Positions 49,296 to 62,250 of a stretch of 64,000 nt of DNA are shown piece after piece. Source of the DNA: Camelus dromedarius (taxonomy: Eukaryota); NCBI RefSeq assembly GCF_036321535.1, contig NC_087436.1:76448001-76512000 (forward strand), written 5' to 3'. A program made the position numbers and the translations under genes. The notes below the pieces were generated by a model. That model had not been told where the DNA came from, did not search any database, and saw nothing but the letters and a program-made list of their open reading frames with translations. The first letter of the stretch is position 1. Every line of letters starts with the position of its first letter.

Positions 49296-50258
49296 GTCAT
49301 TTTTCCAAAGAAAACATAGATGGCCAACAGGTACATGAAAAGACATTCAGTGTCACTTATTACCAGGCAAAAGCAAATCAAAATGAGATATCAGCTCACA
49401 CATGTTAGAATGGCTATTATCCAAAAAACAATAAATAAATAACAAGTATTGAGGAGAAGGTGGAGAAAAGGGTTTTGGTGGGAATGTAAATTGGTAATTT
49501 CCAGCCACTATGGAAACAGTATGGAATTTCCTCAAAATATTAAAACATAGAACCACCATTTGATCCATCAATTCCACCTCGGTGTTTATCCAAAGAAAAT
49601 GAAAACACTGGTTTAGAAAGATATATGCTCCTTCCCTGTATTCATTTTAGCATTGTTTACAGTAGCCAAGATATGGAAACCATCTAAGTGTCCACAGATG
49701 GATGAATGGATAAAGATGATGTGGTAAACATGTTATTTCATTATATATATAATGAAATACTACTCAGCCATAAAAAGGAATGAAATCTTGCCATTTGCTA
49801 CAATGTGGATGACCTTGAAGACATTATGTTAAGTGAAATAAGTCAGTTAGAGAAAGACAAATGCCATATGATCTCATTTATACGTGGAATTTAAACAACA
49901 ACAACAAACCAGGCTTACAGGTACAGGGGACAGATTGGTGGTTGCCAGAGGTGGGAGGTTGGAGATGGGTGAAAAGGGCGAAGGTGCCCAAATGGTACAA
50001 ACTTCCAGTTATAAAATAGTCACAGGATGCAATGTACAGCATGATGACTATAGTTAATAATACTGTCATGCATATTTGAAAGTTGCTAAAAGAGTAAATC
50101 TTTAAAGTCCTCATCACAAGAAAAAATTTTTTTCTGTAACTATGTGTAGTGATGGATGTTAAATTGATTTATTGTGATCATTTCACAATATTCACAAATA
50201 CTGAATCATGTTGTACACCTGAAACTAATATAATATTATTTGTCAGTTATACCTCAAG
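49296..50258 (+). mobile_element. L1 (L1MA9/laurasiatherian-type) 3' end
   Basis: catttttccaaagaaaacatagatggccaacaggtacatgaaaag...acaaacttccagttataaaat...tgtacacctgaaactaatataat...tatacctcaa. Confidence 0.9.
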
Positions 50259-50586
50259 ACAAAGATGAGTCAAAGAGCCAAATTTGTTCTAGGGGATAAA
50301 AATGATACACGTTTGAAAGTGAGTATTTGTAATCCTAGACTTTTTCGAATATACTGCTAACTCTTGGAATCTTTTTCTTTTTATGCCAGTCTGAGTCGCT
50401 CTAGAGCTGAAAAGATTGCTATCATTTTCTAACCTTTTCTCTCTCATTGTCAGTGGGGAATTCTGTCTACCAGCATATGGGTCCCTACAGAGGTGCCTAG
50501 AAACCCAGAATATTTGACTAGGGGCATGGGAGAATAGGAGCTATTCATTTTCTTCTTTACAAGATGCTTTATCTCTCCTTCCCTAG

Positions 50587-50588
<2 letters not shown>

Positions 50589-50627
<39 letters not shown>
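50589..50627. repeat. (TAA)13 microsatellite
   Basis: Perfect taa repeat run. Confidence 0.95.
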
Positions 50628-50629
<2 letters not shown>

Positions 50630-52429
50630 TAATATACACTCTTCACCTCTTTGTTCTTCCTCAGAATTTGGACATTTTCCCCTTTTCTAGAAATGCCAAT
50701 GATTTATACTCACAGGCTCTGAAACTGAGATTTTCATCTTTGCCTGTTTATTTACAATATGCTTAAGCATTTACTAGCATCTTGTTAACTAGCATATGAG
50801 AAAAACAGATAATAAAATAGCTTAAAATTTTTACTTTGGAGCTTCCAATTTTGTCAAGGGGAATATTTTAATCATTCTGTTATATGTAAAAGTGTTATAT
50901 ATAATCTTAAAGAGAACAGGTTTAAATAAGGCTATCTAAGCATTAATGATAAGGTTTTCTCTCTCTTTGCTTTGTGTTAGCTTTTAAGGTGATGCAGTGT
51001 TACCTCTCATGCTTTAAATTTTGCAAACAACACTGTTCATCTCACAGAATTAGTGGAAGTCTTTCCAGATGTGGATTTGATTAATAGAAGCTTACTAAGT
51101 GTGGCTAATTACTGATAATGATAGTATCACAAGGCAGCTTCCTCACCAAAGTCACCTTGGTCTTTCCTGGTTGCTAGAACGGAAAGAACCCCTACATGTA
51201 CCCAGTCAAAATGAAAACAGAGTAGTACTTAAACTTTGTTATGGTTGATAATTAACACAGATACTGTAATACTAGCCTTTTAGTGTAAGACAAGTTGTCA
51301 TTTAGAGGTATGTGAGAACTTCAGCCCTCCAGATTCTGGTTTCACATTGAGGACAGATGAGTCTTGCAGACTAGTGTCTGAATTTTCTGAGTGACAGATA
51401 GTCACCTATCCCTTTTGGCTACTTGGGAGCTAACATTTCCATTATAATTGTTCTATCACGCAGAAACAAAGGAACACAGCCAGTGTGGTATGAATAGGAG
51501 TCAAAGTGTGACTTTCCCCTTCCTACTCACTTCCTGCTGAGATAAGGCCCTCTAGCATTTATTGACTTTTCTTGATGGCTTCCCTCTTCCAAAGCTCATG
51601 TAGTAGGCCATGTGCTGCTTCTTATAAAACTGACATTAAAAGTGAAATTCCCTAAAGATGTGAATAGTCCGCAATTAACTGAATAACAACTTGGAGGTTC
51701 CCCCTATTAATATTCTAGTAGACTGGGCAGCAAAGCAATATAGACTGAGACAAGAAGATTTAAAAGGAGCAGGGCACAGTATTTAGAGTAGCATGTGAAG
51801 GATTATCATGAGTCAGACAACAGAGGTGAAGGGTGATGGGAGAGGATTTCCAAGCAGAATGAAATGGCAAAGCAAGAAGATCTAAAAGAGCACGGTTGGT
51901 TCTAAGAATTACACTCAGTTTTTCAGTTTAACATGAAAAGAAAGTATGGAAAAGGTGGTTAACTAGACAAGTGTTTGCCAAAATGTTCAATAAAACTTAA
52001 CAAAATCAGGCTGAGGGAAGGCTGTGTAAATATTGTTTAATCCCATGCACCTTTCCTTCTTTCACTTATTTCAATTGCCTGCAAACAAAAAAGTTTCCCA
52101 ATAAAGGTCTTGCTAGACAGGCCTACTTTAATGTACAGATAACATTCGTTACTTTATGAAAAATTAATTTGTTACATGTTTTAAGAAGTTGATTTTCCTA
52201 AATTGGTTAAGTATGTTCTTTGCTTAGAGAACTCTTCTTCAAATGTAGGGCAAAGGTTGTTGGGTAAAGTTGTCAATACAACCCAGGTCAAATTATTCCA
52301 AATCCCAAAATAATTGCAACTGAGCTAATGAGGCTGCATTAGCTTTATAGTGCACTAAACAGGAATTCAGAAGAAAGCTGACAATAGAGAAAAACTGACA
52401 ATAGGGAAGATACTTGCAAAAGTTTAAAG

Positions 52430-52594
52430 CAGTACTTCTCAGATTCTAGTGTGCATATGAATCACCTGAAAATTTGTTAATAATGCAGATCCCGATGCAG
52501 TGGATCTGGGTTTAGGTTTGGAATTATGAACTTCTAACAAGCTCACAGGTGATGCTAATGCTCTTCATCCCTGACCACACTTCCAGTAAGAAGG
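52430..52594. mobile_element. MER5A-like hAT-Charlie MITE
   Basis: cagtacttctcaga...gcatatgaatcacctg...aatgcagat...tctaacaagctcacaggtgatgctaatgct...gaccacactt. Confidence 0.85.
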
Positions 52595-52841
52595 GTATAA
52601 TGTTTTCTGGTTAGAAATCCTTCTTTGTCCTTAGAAGCAAGAGAAACAAGAATTATTAGAAAAACTCTAATATACATGTGCCATCTTCTCCTATTGAATC
52701 AGCCTTTATTTACTTACAATTATCTTTCATCTACTTATGAGAGAGAAACATACTTAAGTCTTCAGAAGTAAATTACAACATTTTCCAAATCAGCTTCTAG
52801 AAACTTAAGTTTACATTTAAAACCAAATAATTTGCATGTGT

Positions 52842-52929
52842 AAGGTGTCTAACCATCCCAGTTTGCCAGGGGGACTGTCCCATGCCCCAGAAACCTCTCA
52901 GTCTTGGCCAAACTGGGGTGTTTCACCAT
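52842..52929. mobile_element. MER94-like hAT-Blackjack MITE
   Basis: aaggtg..aaccatcccagtttgccagggggactg...cagtcttggccaaactgggg...tcacc, with imperfect terminal inverted repeats. Confidence 0.65.
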
Positions 52930-54254
52930 TATTCAGAAAGCACATTTACATTATGAGAATTGACATGGTCTGTTCCAAGTGTCACCTTATTATCTATGAA
53001 ATTATCATTTTAAAAAATTAAAATGCCTTATTTGGAAATAATTTATTTTGTAATTTGGAAGATGAAAGAAGAAATATTAATCTATTTTATTGGCAACGTG
53101 ACCTAAAACTTACTTGCTGAGGTAAGCTGTTAACTCTGTGACTTTCCTTGCTCTTTCATGAGCTAAAAAGAAAATACTGAATTTAACATAGAAAGTGGGC
53201 TTTATTTTTGACTCTTTTATCTATTTATCTTTGTTTTACTTTGTCAACCTCCTGAGTTTCCCACATTGTTTTCTGATATATTATTATAATTATTCAAAAT
53301 ATTAATGAAACAGAATATCTTCTTTTAAGTTATGAATGCAATCAATTTTGAGTCTTTAATTGTAATTTTTTTTCCATAAAATTCTTTTAATTTAGCCTAA
53401 TATAATGGCACATCAACCAGTAATAGGTACATTAAATTGAATCATGATGCTCATATACACATTTTATGACACAATCAAATATCCTAATGCATTAATTCAT
53501 ATCAATCAGTTAATAAAATCAAATAGGAAACATTTCTCTATTGCTCCTAACTGTACTTACCCCATTTACTAGAGGAGAAGTCTAAAAGATCTCAACAATT
53601 TGAGTCTCGGGACTTTTTTGCTTAGATGTCTGGGATTTGACTGTTACTCTAGGTTTTTAAGTTGATTAATTGGTGGATAAACTAAGAACATGCCTAAAAT
53701 TCTACTTTATACTTCAGGTTTTCTTGAAATGAAATCATTCTTGCCAAATTAGTAACACATGAAATGTTACCAGTATTGTGCCCAGCCTGATGGAAAAAGT
53801 GGTTAATGCCCCCCCAAGGGGTACCTTAAATCTTGTGTATCATTGGTACACTATTAGGGAGTCATTACTTTTAGCGCACTAAGTAGTAACCTGAAAATGT
53901 TAAAGATGAATGGTTAAAAAGCAAATTATTTGAGAAATTAATCAGTAAATACTATTTGGGTTACTATTTTTAACCTGAAATCATGGTAAATATTGTTTGC
54001 GATGCTGGTATATACAATTTATGTTACCTTACCTCAAAGAGTCAAAAACTATTTAGTAAGACACAACTAATATAACCAGAAATAATTAAAAGGCAATTAA
54101 ATACTCAGCTATAAAGAACTATATAAGCTATAAACTCAGTAGGATTTTATGTTCAATGTGTTGCCCTTTTCCCTTGCTTCCTTTTTCTTTTTCTTCCTTT
54201 CTTTCTTTCTTTCTTTTTTTTTTTTTTTGAAAACCTAGTGTGTGTTTGGTGCTA

Positions 54255-54785
54255 AGTCAAGTACGTTATATTCTGCTTTAATTGGAGACCTAGTTCAAAT
54301 TAGCTTAGGTCAAGAAGGGAATTCACTGGAAAAAAACTGGAGTGTATAATGACAATGAAGAGTTGACTAAATATACCTCAGGAAAGGCAAAGATTCAGCT
54401 GGTTCTGGTCTCAGGAACAATCAAAGCAGAGATCTGAATGCCATCAGGACCTCTGTCTCCTCTGTGTGTACAAGCTCTGTTTTGTCTTCCCCGAGACCAA
54501 CTTCTTCCATGTGGTGGGGGTCTGACTGCTGACAGCTCTTAATTTCAGGGGTACCACACCAGATGCTACTATCTTTCCCTATTTGAATGCAAAATGTTAC
54601 ACAAAAGAGCTCAAACTGGTCTCACAGGGCAGGTAAAGCTCCCACACTCAGATTGATAAAATATAGTCAAGTAGCCTGAGTCTTATAGGAGTATACCATT
54701 ACCCAAAAAATCTGGAGCGGAAGAACAGTTCTCATAAGAAGAAACACTATTCCCAAAGAAGGAAAAGGTGCTGGGCAGTTATAAT
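54255..54785 (-). mobile_element. MaLR LTR (MLT1J/K-like)
   Basis: gagacctagttcaaattagcttagg...gggaattcactgg...tgaatgccatcaggacctctgtctc...aaggtgctgggcag. Confidence 0.55.
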
Positions 54786-56889
54786 ATAGAAGTTCACTCC
54801 ATACACATAATTTTCATGTAAAACTTTCAACACCCTTAAAAGTAAAATATCTCTATTTTATTAAAAATTATTATTTCCACTTTATACATTTGAAAAGTAG
54901 TTGTGCTCTTCCTTCTACACATTATACTGTGCTGACTTTCTGCATATAAGCTGCATAACTAGTAATTTTATTAGTTTAGTTTTATCTTTGACCCTATTGA
55001 AGTTATGAGGTCTCCCCTAGATAGCCAGCTCCTGAGGTCAACTGAATATTTTTTGACCCTTGCCTCACCTGAATTCCCAAACTTGCCCATGTCCCTTTTT
55101 CTGTCCTGCTGTGCTGTATTTTGACATTGGTGTCTCCCTCAGATGTCATAGTGAATGTATGTATCTGTTCTATATAAAGTGTTCCTCTCCCCCAAATGGT
55201 CATCTCAGGTTGGGTTCCCCATGGGTAGCTGTGAAGGCTGTGAACTGCCCAAATTTTGGGAGTGCCATTTTCCACATGAATGGAGCCTCCTGGAATTATG
55301 TAATGTAGAGGACCCTCCCATCCCAGGGTTGGTCAGTAGGACCAAGCAGAATGTTGTCATTCTCAACAATTCTGCTTGGTCCAACTTATGGTATTATTCT
55401 TTCCAGCCTACTTGATTCTATATTACCCTCCCCTCCATTGTCTAGACTACATACTTCCAAAGGTTGAGTTTTTTCTGGTCCTTCTCAGAATGATAGGTAT
55501 TTTATACAATAAGGTAAATTAATTGGATATGAAGACATAAAGGATTTCTTGTCCAATATATAGTGAACTCAGAAAGCCAAGATGGTAGCCTCTAATACAA
55601 CCTTCCCAATTATTCAAATGCACCATCTAATTGTGGCCACCTGGCTAACCTGGCATCTCTTCCTTGCCTTTGGACAACCATGGCTCAGCTGTGTAGACCA
55701 TGTGTTATCACTCAAGGCTTCCCATAAGTTCTATCCCCAAGCTCTAGCTAAGGGACTAGTGAAGTATTCTGTGTATGGAAGGGCCTAGCACATACACATT
55801 AATGACTATAATGACATTTAGAAATGGGTCATTTTTCCCTTTCTCAATAAGGATAGGCTTTGTGGATTTTAATCACTAATGCTGTTTTTTTTTCCCTTCA
55901 GCATTATGTTACCATAAAAATATTGAAGAGTAACAAATGGTTTGCTTACCTATTATTATTAATGAAATTTTTGGAAATATCTTAGAAACAGTTTTCTGCT
56001 TTTATTTAGCTGGAAAAATATCAGTACCTATAGCTTCTTTTTATGCAGATAAGAATGCTCTTATTTTTGCAGACATTATTATGGAGAGATATCATTGATC
56101 ATGTCCTCGGGGTAATAAATAATTACTCTACTAACGTATTGCTCTGAAAGAAACTGACATGAAGTAGTTTCAAATTAACCACTGCTAATTGCATGCATTG
56201 TTTCACACTTATTACTGCAATCTGATTAACATGCTGCTGAATAGAACTGGCAGGAAAGATTCCCTCTCTATTTTAACTTGCTTTAGTTAAAAACTTGACT
56301 AAATGTAGAATTTACATTGACTTAGAGGTTTAGAAGTGTAGTGCTGCAGTGAAGAGGACCAGGATGGTATACTGAGCTTGACCACTGCCAGGATTTTTTT
56401 TTTTTTAATTTTCATGAGTTTATGTTTGGAAAATGGAAAGATTTAGATATATCTAGTTGGAGAAAAAGTGCCCTTTATTATATTCATAATATATTCTATA
56501 TTTAAAAGCCATAAACTTCTGACATATGTATTTGACATAAAAAAAGAAGTTCCAACTCACAATTTAGAATGGAGTTTGTAGGAATAAAAAAAATTTTTTT
56601 GTTACTAAATTTGCTATAAAGTTCTAAGTAACTGTAAAATAGAACTTTTAAAAACTGCCATATGTGTATTAAAATTGTTATTCCTAGTTATCTTCCCAAA
56701 TTATTGGGGTGATATGAAAGGGCAGATAGAGTTACACTATGCTTATAAATATGAAATTAGTTACCCCAATGAGCATTTTATCATGGCTATCCTGTTGCCC
56801 TGTCCTGAGTTCAAAGGCAAATTATATACTGACAATCATGTTTTGATAGTTTCAAATCTACATTTTATGTACCTTTATTTTACAAACAC

Positions 56890-57150
56890 TTAAATAGTAC
56901 TCTCAATGCACTAGATACAGATACTGTTCTGTGCACTTTACAGTTACTAACTCATTTTATCTTAAATATGACCCCATGGCTTAGGTACTGCCTCTGTTAA
57001 AACAGAGATATTAACAGTTAAAACAGAGAAGGAAACGGAAGTGCAAAGGGGTTAAGTAAGTTTCTTAAGACTAGAGAGTTAATATATGGCAGAGCTAGAA
57101 TTCAAGTCCATGGAGTCTGGCTCCAGAAGCCATTACTTTACTGATACATG
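56890..57150 (-). mobile_element. MIR SINE with small internal duplication
   Basis: aaggaaacggaagtgcaaaggggttaagtaagttt...ggcagagctagaattcaagtcc...gtctggctccagaagcc; gttaaaacagaga occurs twice. Confidence 0.8.
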
Positions 57151-57427
57151 ATGCTGTTTCAGCATATGGCCCTGGAGCATGTGAACATCATGTTAGTTGT
57201 TAAGGTAAAATGTACTTTTGTGAAGGATGGCATTGAAACAGATTCTTATGTTGTTACAACTTCAAAATGTTGGACTGGGCTCTGATGTGTAGCTGATACT
57301 ATTTCCCAACTGTAGACTTTTCATCTACCTTTGGACTCCTAGCTGTTCTTTTAATCTTTGTGCCTGTCTTCCATTCTACAGCCAAACATTTGCTCACCAC
57401 CCTCAAATCTAGAAGTCCACCTACCAT

Positions 57428-57622
57428 CAGTGGTATGCTGCAGCCCTCTCATACTAGCTTGGAATGTGCATATCCTTTGCCAACTCTGAGTTTAATGACC
57501 TCACATTGATAGCTTGAAATCAGCCATGGTAGAAGTATTTACACCATGGAGACCAGAACATGCCTTCTGCCCCATCCTCTGCTCCACCCCATTGGAGATC
57601 TGGTCTACTTTCACAACACTAC
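57428..57622. mobile_element. MER63A-like hAT-Blackjack element
   Basis: cagtggtatgctg...ccaactctgagtttaatgacctcacattgatagcttgaaatcagccatggtagaagtatttacaccatgga. Confidence 0.75.
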
Positions 57623-59217
57623 CTACAGTATACTACTGCTATGTCACAGAATGAGCTTACCCCCAAACACTAAGGTTTTCACACATCTTTACCCCATGCT
57701 CCCATTTGGCAGTAGGAGGTCACCATTCATAAAACTGAACTCACCCTGGACCCCAAAAAAGAACCAAAAATGGCAAAATCTCAGCAACAGGGCTGTAGCT
57801 CAGGGAGAACATCGTATAGCACTTGTACTTTCCTTTACAGTTCCACACTTACGACAGACATTACTAATCAATCACGGCGTGATGGAGCCTGGCTCCAGCC
57901 CCAGAACCCTCCTCAACATAGAGCTCTAGAGCCTAGAAGCCACTGCCAGCCTTCAGATTTGGCACATGACATGAAGTTACTTACCATCCCTCTTAGAGCC
58001 AGAAATGCTCATTCTTCTCTATTTTATTTCCAGCCCGTATAATGTATAATGCTTTCCTAAGCTATAGAAAGGTTTTTAAAATACTGCAAAGATTTTCTGA
58101 TAATTTAAATATTTACAGTCTAAAATCTAGCTGCTAGTTTGGCTGATATAATCAATTATGCGCTACCCTACAAAATATTTTGACATTTATCATTTTCTAA
58201 AGACTTCATGTTCATGGATTGATACTCATCTATGATTAAAGATACATGTTTGATAGTAATATTCCCTGACAAGTCAGTGGAAATGGACGTATTCTTTGTT
58301 AGTGGAAAACAACCCAATCTTAGTGTTCTCTATCTTGGTGATCAAAAGGCGAGAACTTTGTCTTACCATAGATCGAAATTTTATCTTTAAAACATTCTCT
58401 GAAGCTATCTTCAGATAGCTAAAACGATTTAAATATCACCCATTTTCTTCTCATCCTTCTCTTTTCCACCCCAAGATCAAATTTTTAGAAACAACATCTT
58501 TAATTTTTTATGGTTTAGAAAAGGAGATGGAATCTGCATTATTTCTAGATGCGTTATTTCTAGAGCTTGAGCAGTTGTGGGGTGGGGAGGGATCATTTAC
58601 CTGCAATACGGTAAAAACCATCTGTAAGTTGTGAGATTGTGCTACCTATATCTGATATGAATAAAGTCACTTAGTATCCATGTATATAGTGAAGACAGTT
58701 CATTTTCTCAAGAAATTACTATCCAAACATGTGAAAATGGCGTATGCGTTTGCAAAATTCCCAAAGAGTATGGGACTATGTATAAATGCAAAATAAGATG
58801 TTTATAACAATAACTGTTCAAGGAAAGCAAAGAAAGCTGAAAGTAAATGGAAACGTTCTTTAGGAGCAAAGTCCTGAAGTGTGAGTGAGAATCAGATGAG
58901 TGAGGAGGAGTGAGAATAAGGGAACATGAGAGGGCTGGCGCGAGCAGGGGCTCACAGGATAGGCTGGGCATGCCTTATTTAGTGGACAGATACACATCAG
59001 AATATAGGCTTCTGCAGTGGGGGGCAGTGGTCATAAAGGGTGAGTGACTTTGAACACCAAAGAGTTTGGACTTTGTTTAGAACTTTGTATTGAGATTGGC
59101 TTCATCTCAGTCTATGAAGCCATTATGTTTTTACCTCAGGTTTTATAAGCAGAAGTAAGCTAATCTAGGTGTGAAAACTTGCTATGCAAGGGTATGTTTC
59201 TTATCTAATGTTACAGG

Positions 59218-59360
59218 GTCTGTGAAACAAGCACAGGATTTACAGTTAGAAAGACCTGGATTTCAGTTCTGGGACTGCCACTTACTGATGATTTTTGTAT
59301 GTTGCTTAAACCTCTCTGAGCTTTAGTTTCACCATGAGGCTAATATTACATAGCTACTGA
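59218..59360 (+). mobile_element. MIR fragment
   Basis: aagcacaggatttacagttagaaagacctggatttcagttct...gccacttact...cttaaacctctctgagctttagtttc. Confidence 0.75.
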
Positions 59361-62029
59361 GGCTGGGGAGGGGAGATCATGATAATTAATCATGTTTCTT
59401 CTTTCCACTCCAGTTTTGTAATCAGTTGAGAGAGCAACACAGGATTTGGAGAGAAGGAGATCAAAATATTAGCCTCATTGGCAGCAGCTCTGGGTTACCA
59501 AACCAGGTTCAGATCTGTGGCATGATAGTGGTGATATGTGGTGATAGTGTCCATTAGTTTATCTGAGAGCTGACTACTTTCATGAGTATGTGAGACAGAC
59601 ATCTTCTGGAAATGACCAGAAATACTTAGCTGATGGAGTGAGGCATTTCCAGGGTTTGACGTTGGCAAGGGTAGTTGGAATAGAGGGCATGAGGTGGCAC
59701 ATTACTGTCAACATGGCCCCATTTTAAACTCCATGCCACAGTGGCCAGTGGAAATATACGACACCAAAAGAAGCAAGTGAAATTATCACAGAGGTAAATA
59801 GAGAGCCCGGTAGGAGCACAAAGGAGCGAGAGACAGTCAGTTCTACTTGGAGCAGGAAAGGTTTCAGAGCCCTGCTGGTTCAAGAAGGAAGGAGAAACGG
59901 GCTCTGTGCCTTCTCTTTTCAGAGCATCCAAATGAATTCCTGGATCTGGCTGCTGAGAAAATATATGAGTCATAACCTAGGATCAGCTGGATATAAGAGG
60001 TTTCCACCAGCAGTCCATGAAAACCAATGTTTTTAAGCATCTATTGGACCACTGTAACAATCAGCAAGATGTTTAAACAGTTGATTCCATTGTCAGCCCA
60101 GCCAGTTTTTAACTATATCACAAAAACTGGCCTGGGGGTGCAGCCTGAGATTATTCCAGCCCTTCCAGAAATTCCCTTTCTGTTACAAATTTCTGCCCCA
60201 GTGGGGTTTTCATAGTTTTGGCATTTTCATTATGGATCAGTGAATCAGCTAGCCTACAGGCCAAGAAGAGAAAAAAATAAAACCTCCCAAATAAAATGCA
60301 ATCCAGTTAGGATGTCTTCATCTATTTTTCAGTGGGAGAAAAATACAGCTGGGCTCGGTGACTTCTATCAAAAGCCAACATCGCTAGCTGGATTGGTGTT
60401 TGGTTTTTTTGGATTTTGAACTCTCAAGTTTTGGAGGCCAAATAAAGACACAGCCTCAGCAGCATCACTTAGAAGATTTAGTTAATTATTTTGCAAAGCT
60501 TGGGTAGTGACACTTCTGCAAAATGCACAAGCACATGAGCAAACATAGAGATGTGTGAATTCAGGAAAGCAGCCAAATGCACATCAGAGCTGAGGAATGT
60601 CACAGTGAAATGAAGGAAACTTGTAAACACCTATCAGTATTTTTAGGTAGAGAATGTTCTAACATATTGCCAGTGGGTGCTGCCTATGCGTTCATTTCTC
60701 TAAGCTTTAAAATCAACTGATAGTAAAGGTGATTTGAAAACAGTGAAAAATGACAGCTTTATTAATCTAGATGGTATATGTAAGAGTGTGTGTGTTCATG
60801 CGTGTGCACAGTGTGTAACTCGCTGCTTGTACCGACTGCCTTTGTAATGTGGGTCTTGTACAGACGAGGGAGCCCTCTACTGATTAGAAACTGTATTAAA
60901 GGTAAACCGTAGAGAGTTGTTTTTAGTGCTTTGCTTGTGAATCCTCCAAAAAGCCAGACATTTTGCTTACTTCTTTTTCAAATCACGAGAGGAGATTATT
61001 TTTTTAAGGAACTATGGATAGTCATCGTATGCATGCAAGTACATGCAATTCTACTTAAGGTAAAAAGCCTTCAATTATTTAAAAAGCATACCGACATCTT
61101 CTCTTCAACCTTTTAATAGGAAGATGCTTTTGCTATAACAAATTAAGCCACAAATGTCTAAATGACTGTAATGAAAATATGTGACAGAGATCACAAAAGC
61201 TTTTGTCTATTTCAGTACTTTAGTTTACCAGACTCTATTTTTCCCTGGTGACTATATTATTTATTTTATACATTATTCCCAAATAGGAAAGAAGACAATT
61301 TTCAGGGTGACACCTGAAACATGAATTTGTGAGCATATTTAAATGGACTATATTTTAATACGAATATTTAAATCATATTACTCTGATCAGCCTAATTATA
61401 CATTGTATATAGTCAAGTATAATATATAGTTCCTTTTGTGTTTAGATATCTGATTTTTAACTTCATGCTATTGCAAAATAAAGTTTAATCTTTCAATTGT
61501 TTAAATCGATGGACGAAAATGAAATGTAATCAGAATTTCAGTTATTCTCAACCTGGCTGGCCTAGCAATATTATAGGATAGTCTTCTTACCCCCAAAACA
61601 TTGATTAGCAGATTATTTATGATTGGGGTGCTAATAACTCTGGCCTTTAACAAAGAATTAATATTTTTCGTAGAAACTGGCTTGAAATTTCATTTGCGTT
61701 TTTATGAATTAAAAAGGAGCCTTTATGAAGTCTGTATTTGTCTTAGAAGTAAACCCTCAGCTTGGCACCGTGTGTAGTTATAGAGCTACATCTGGAGTTA
61801 ACATGGCGAGGGACCTGAGTGAGGCGTGAGAGGGGTGTGGCTATAACGCTCGGCACCTTTTGACCACCAGCACTGATTTGGCTTCTCTGTCAGTGCCTGC
61901 TTCCTCTCCCACTGATCCGTCATTCCTTCTGTGGTTCCAACATTAAAGAATAGTCTTTGCCCTCCTTTCATTTGAGGATGAAGTATGAAACGGTAAACCA
62001 GGTGAATCTGAGATAACCAATTTACCCTC

Positions 62030-62250
62030 TAATAGCCAGCACCATTTATGGAGTGCCCACCATGTGCCAATCCCTTTCCAAAAAAGAACCCAAACTATAT
62101 TAGAAACCTGCAAGGCAAAGGTCATTATCTCAATTTCTTAGTTGCTTGCAAATGACAAATCCAGTTAAAACAAAATTAAGCAGAAGCAGGGGACTTCATT
62201 AGAGAGACATTGGACTGTCTCACAGAATTCAAAGGTCAGGTAGTGCTACT
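62030..62250 (-). mobile_element. MIR and MaLR fragments
   Basis: aatagccagcaccatttatggagtgcccaccatgtgcca (MIR 3' end, antisense); ttgcaaatgacaaatccagttaaaacaaaattaagc (MLT1-like). Confidence 0.45.
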
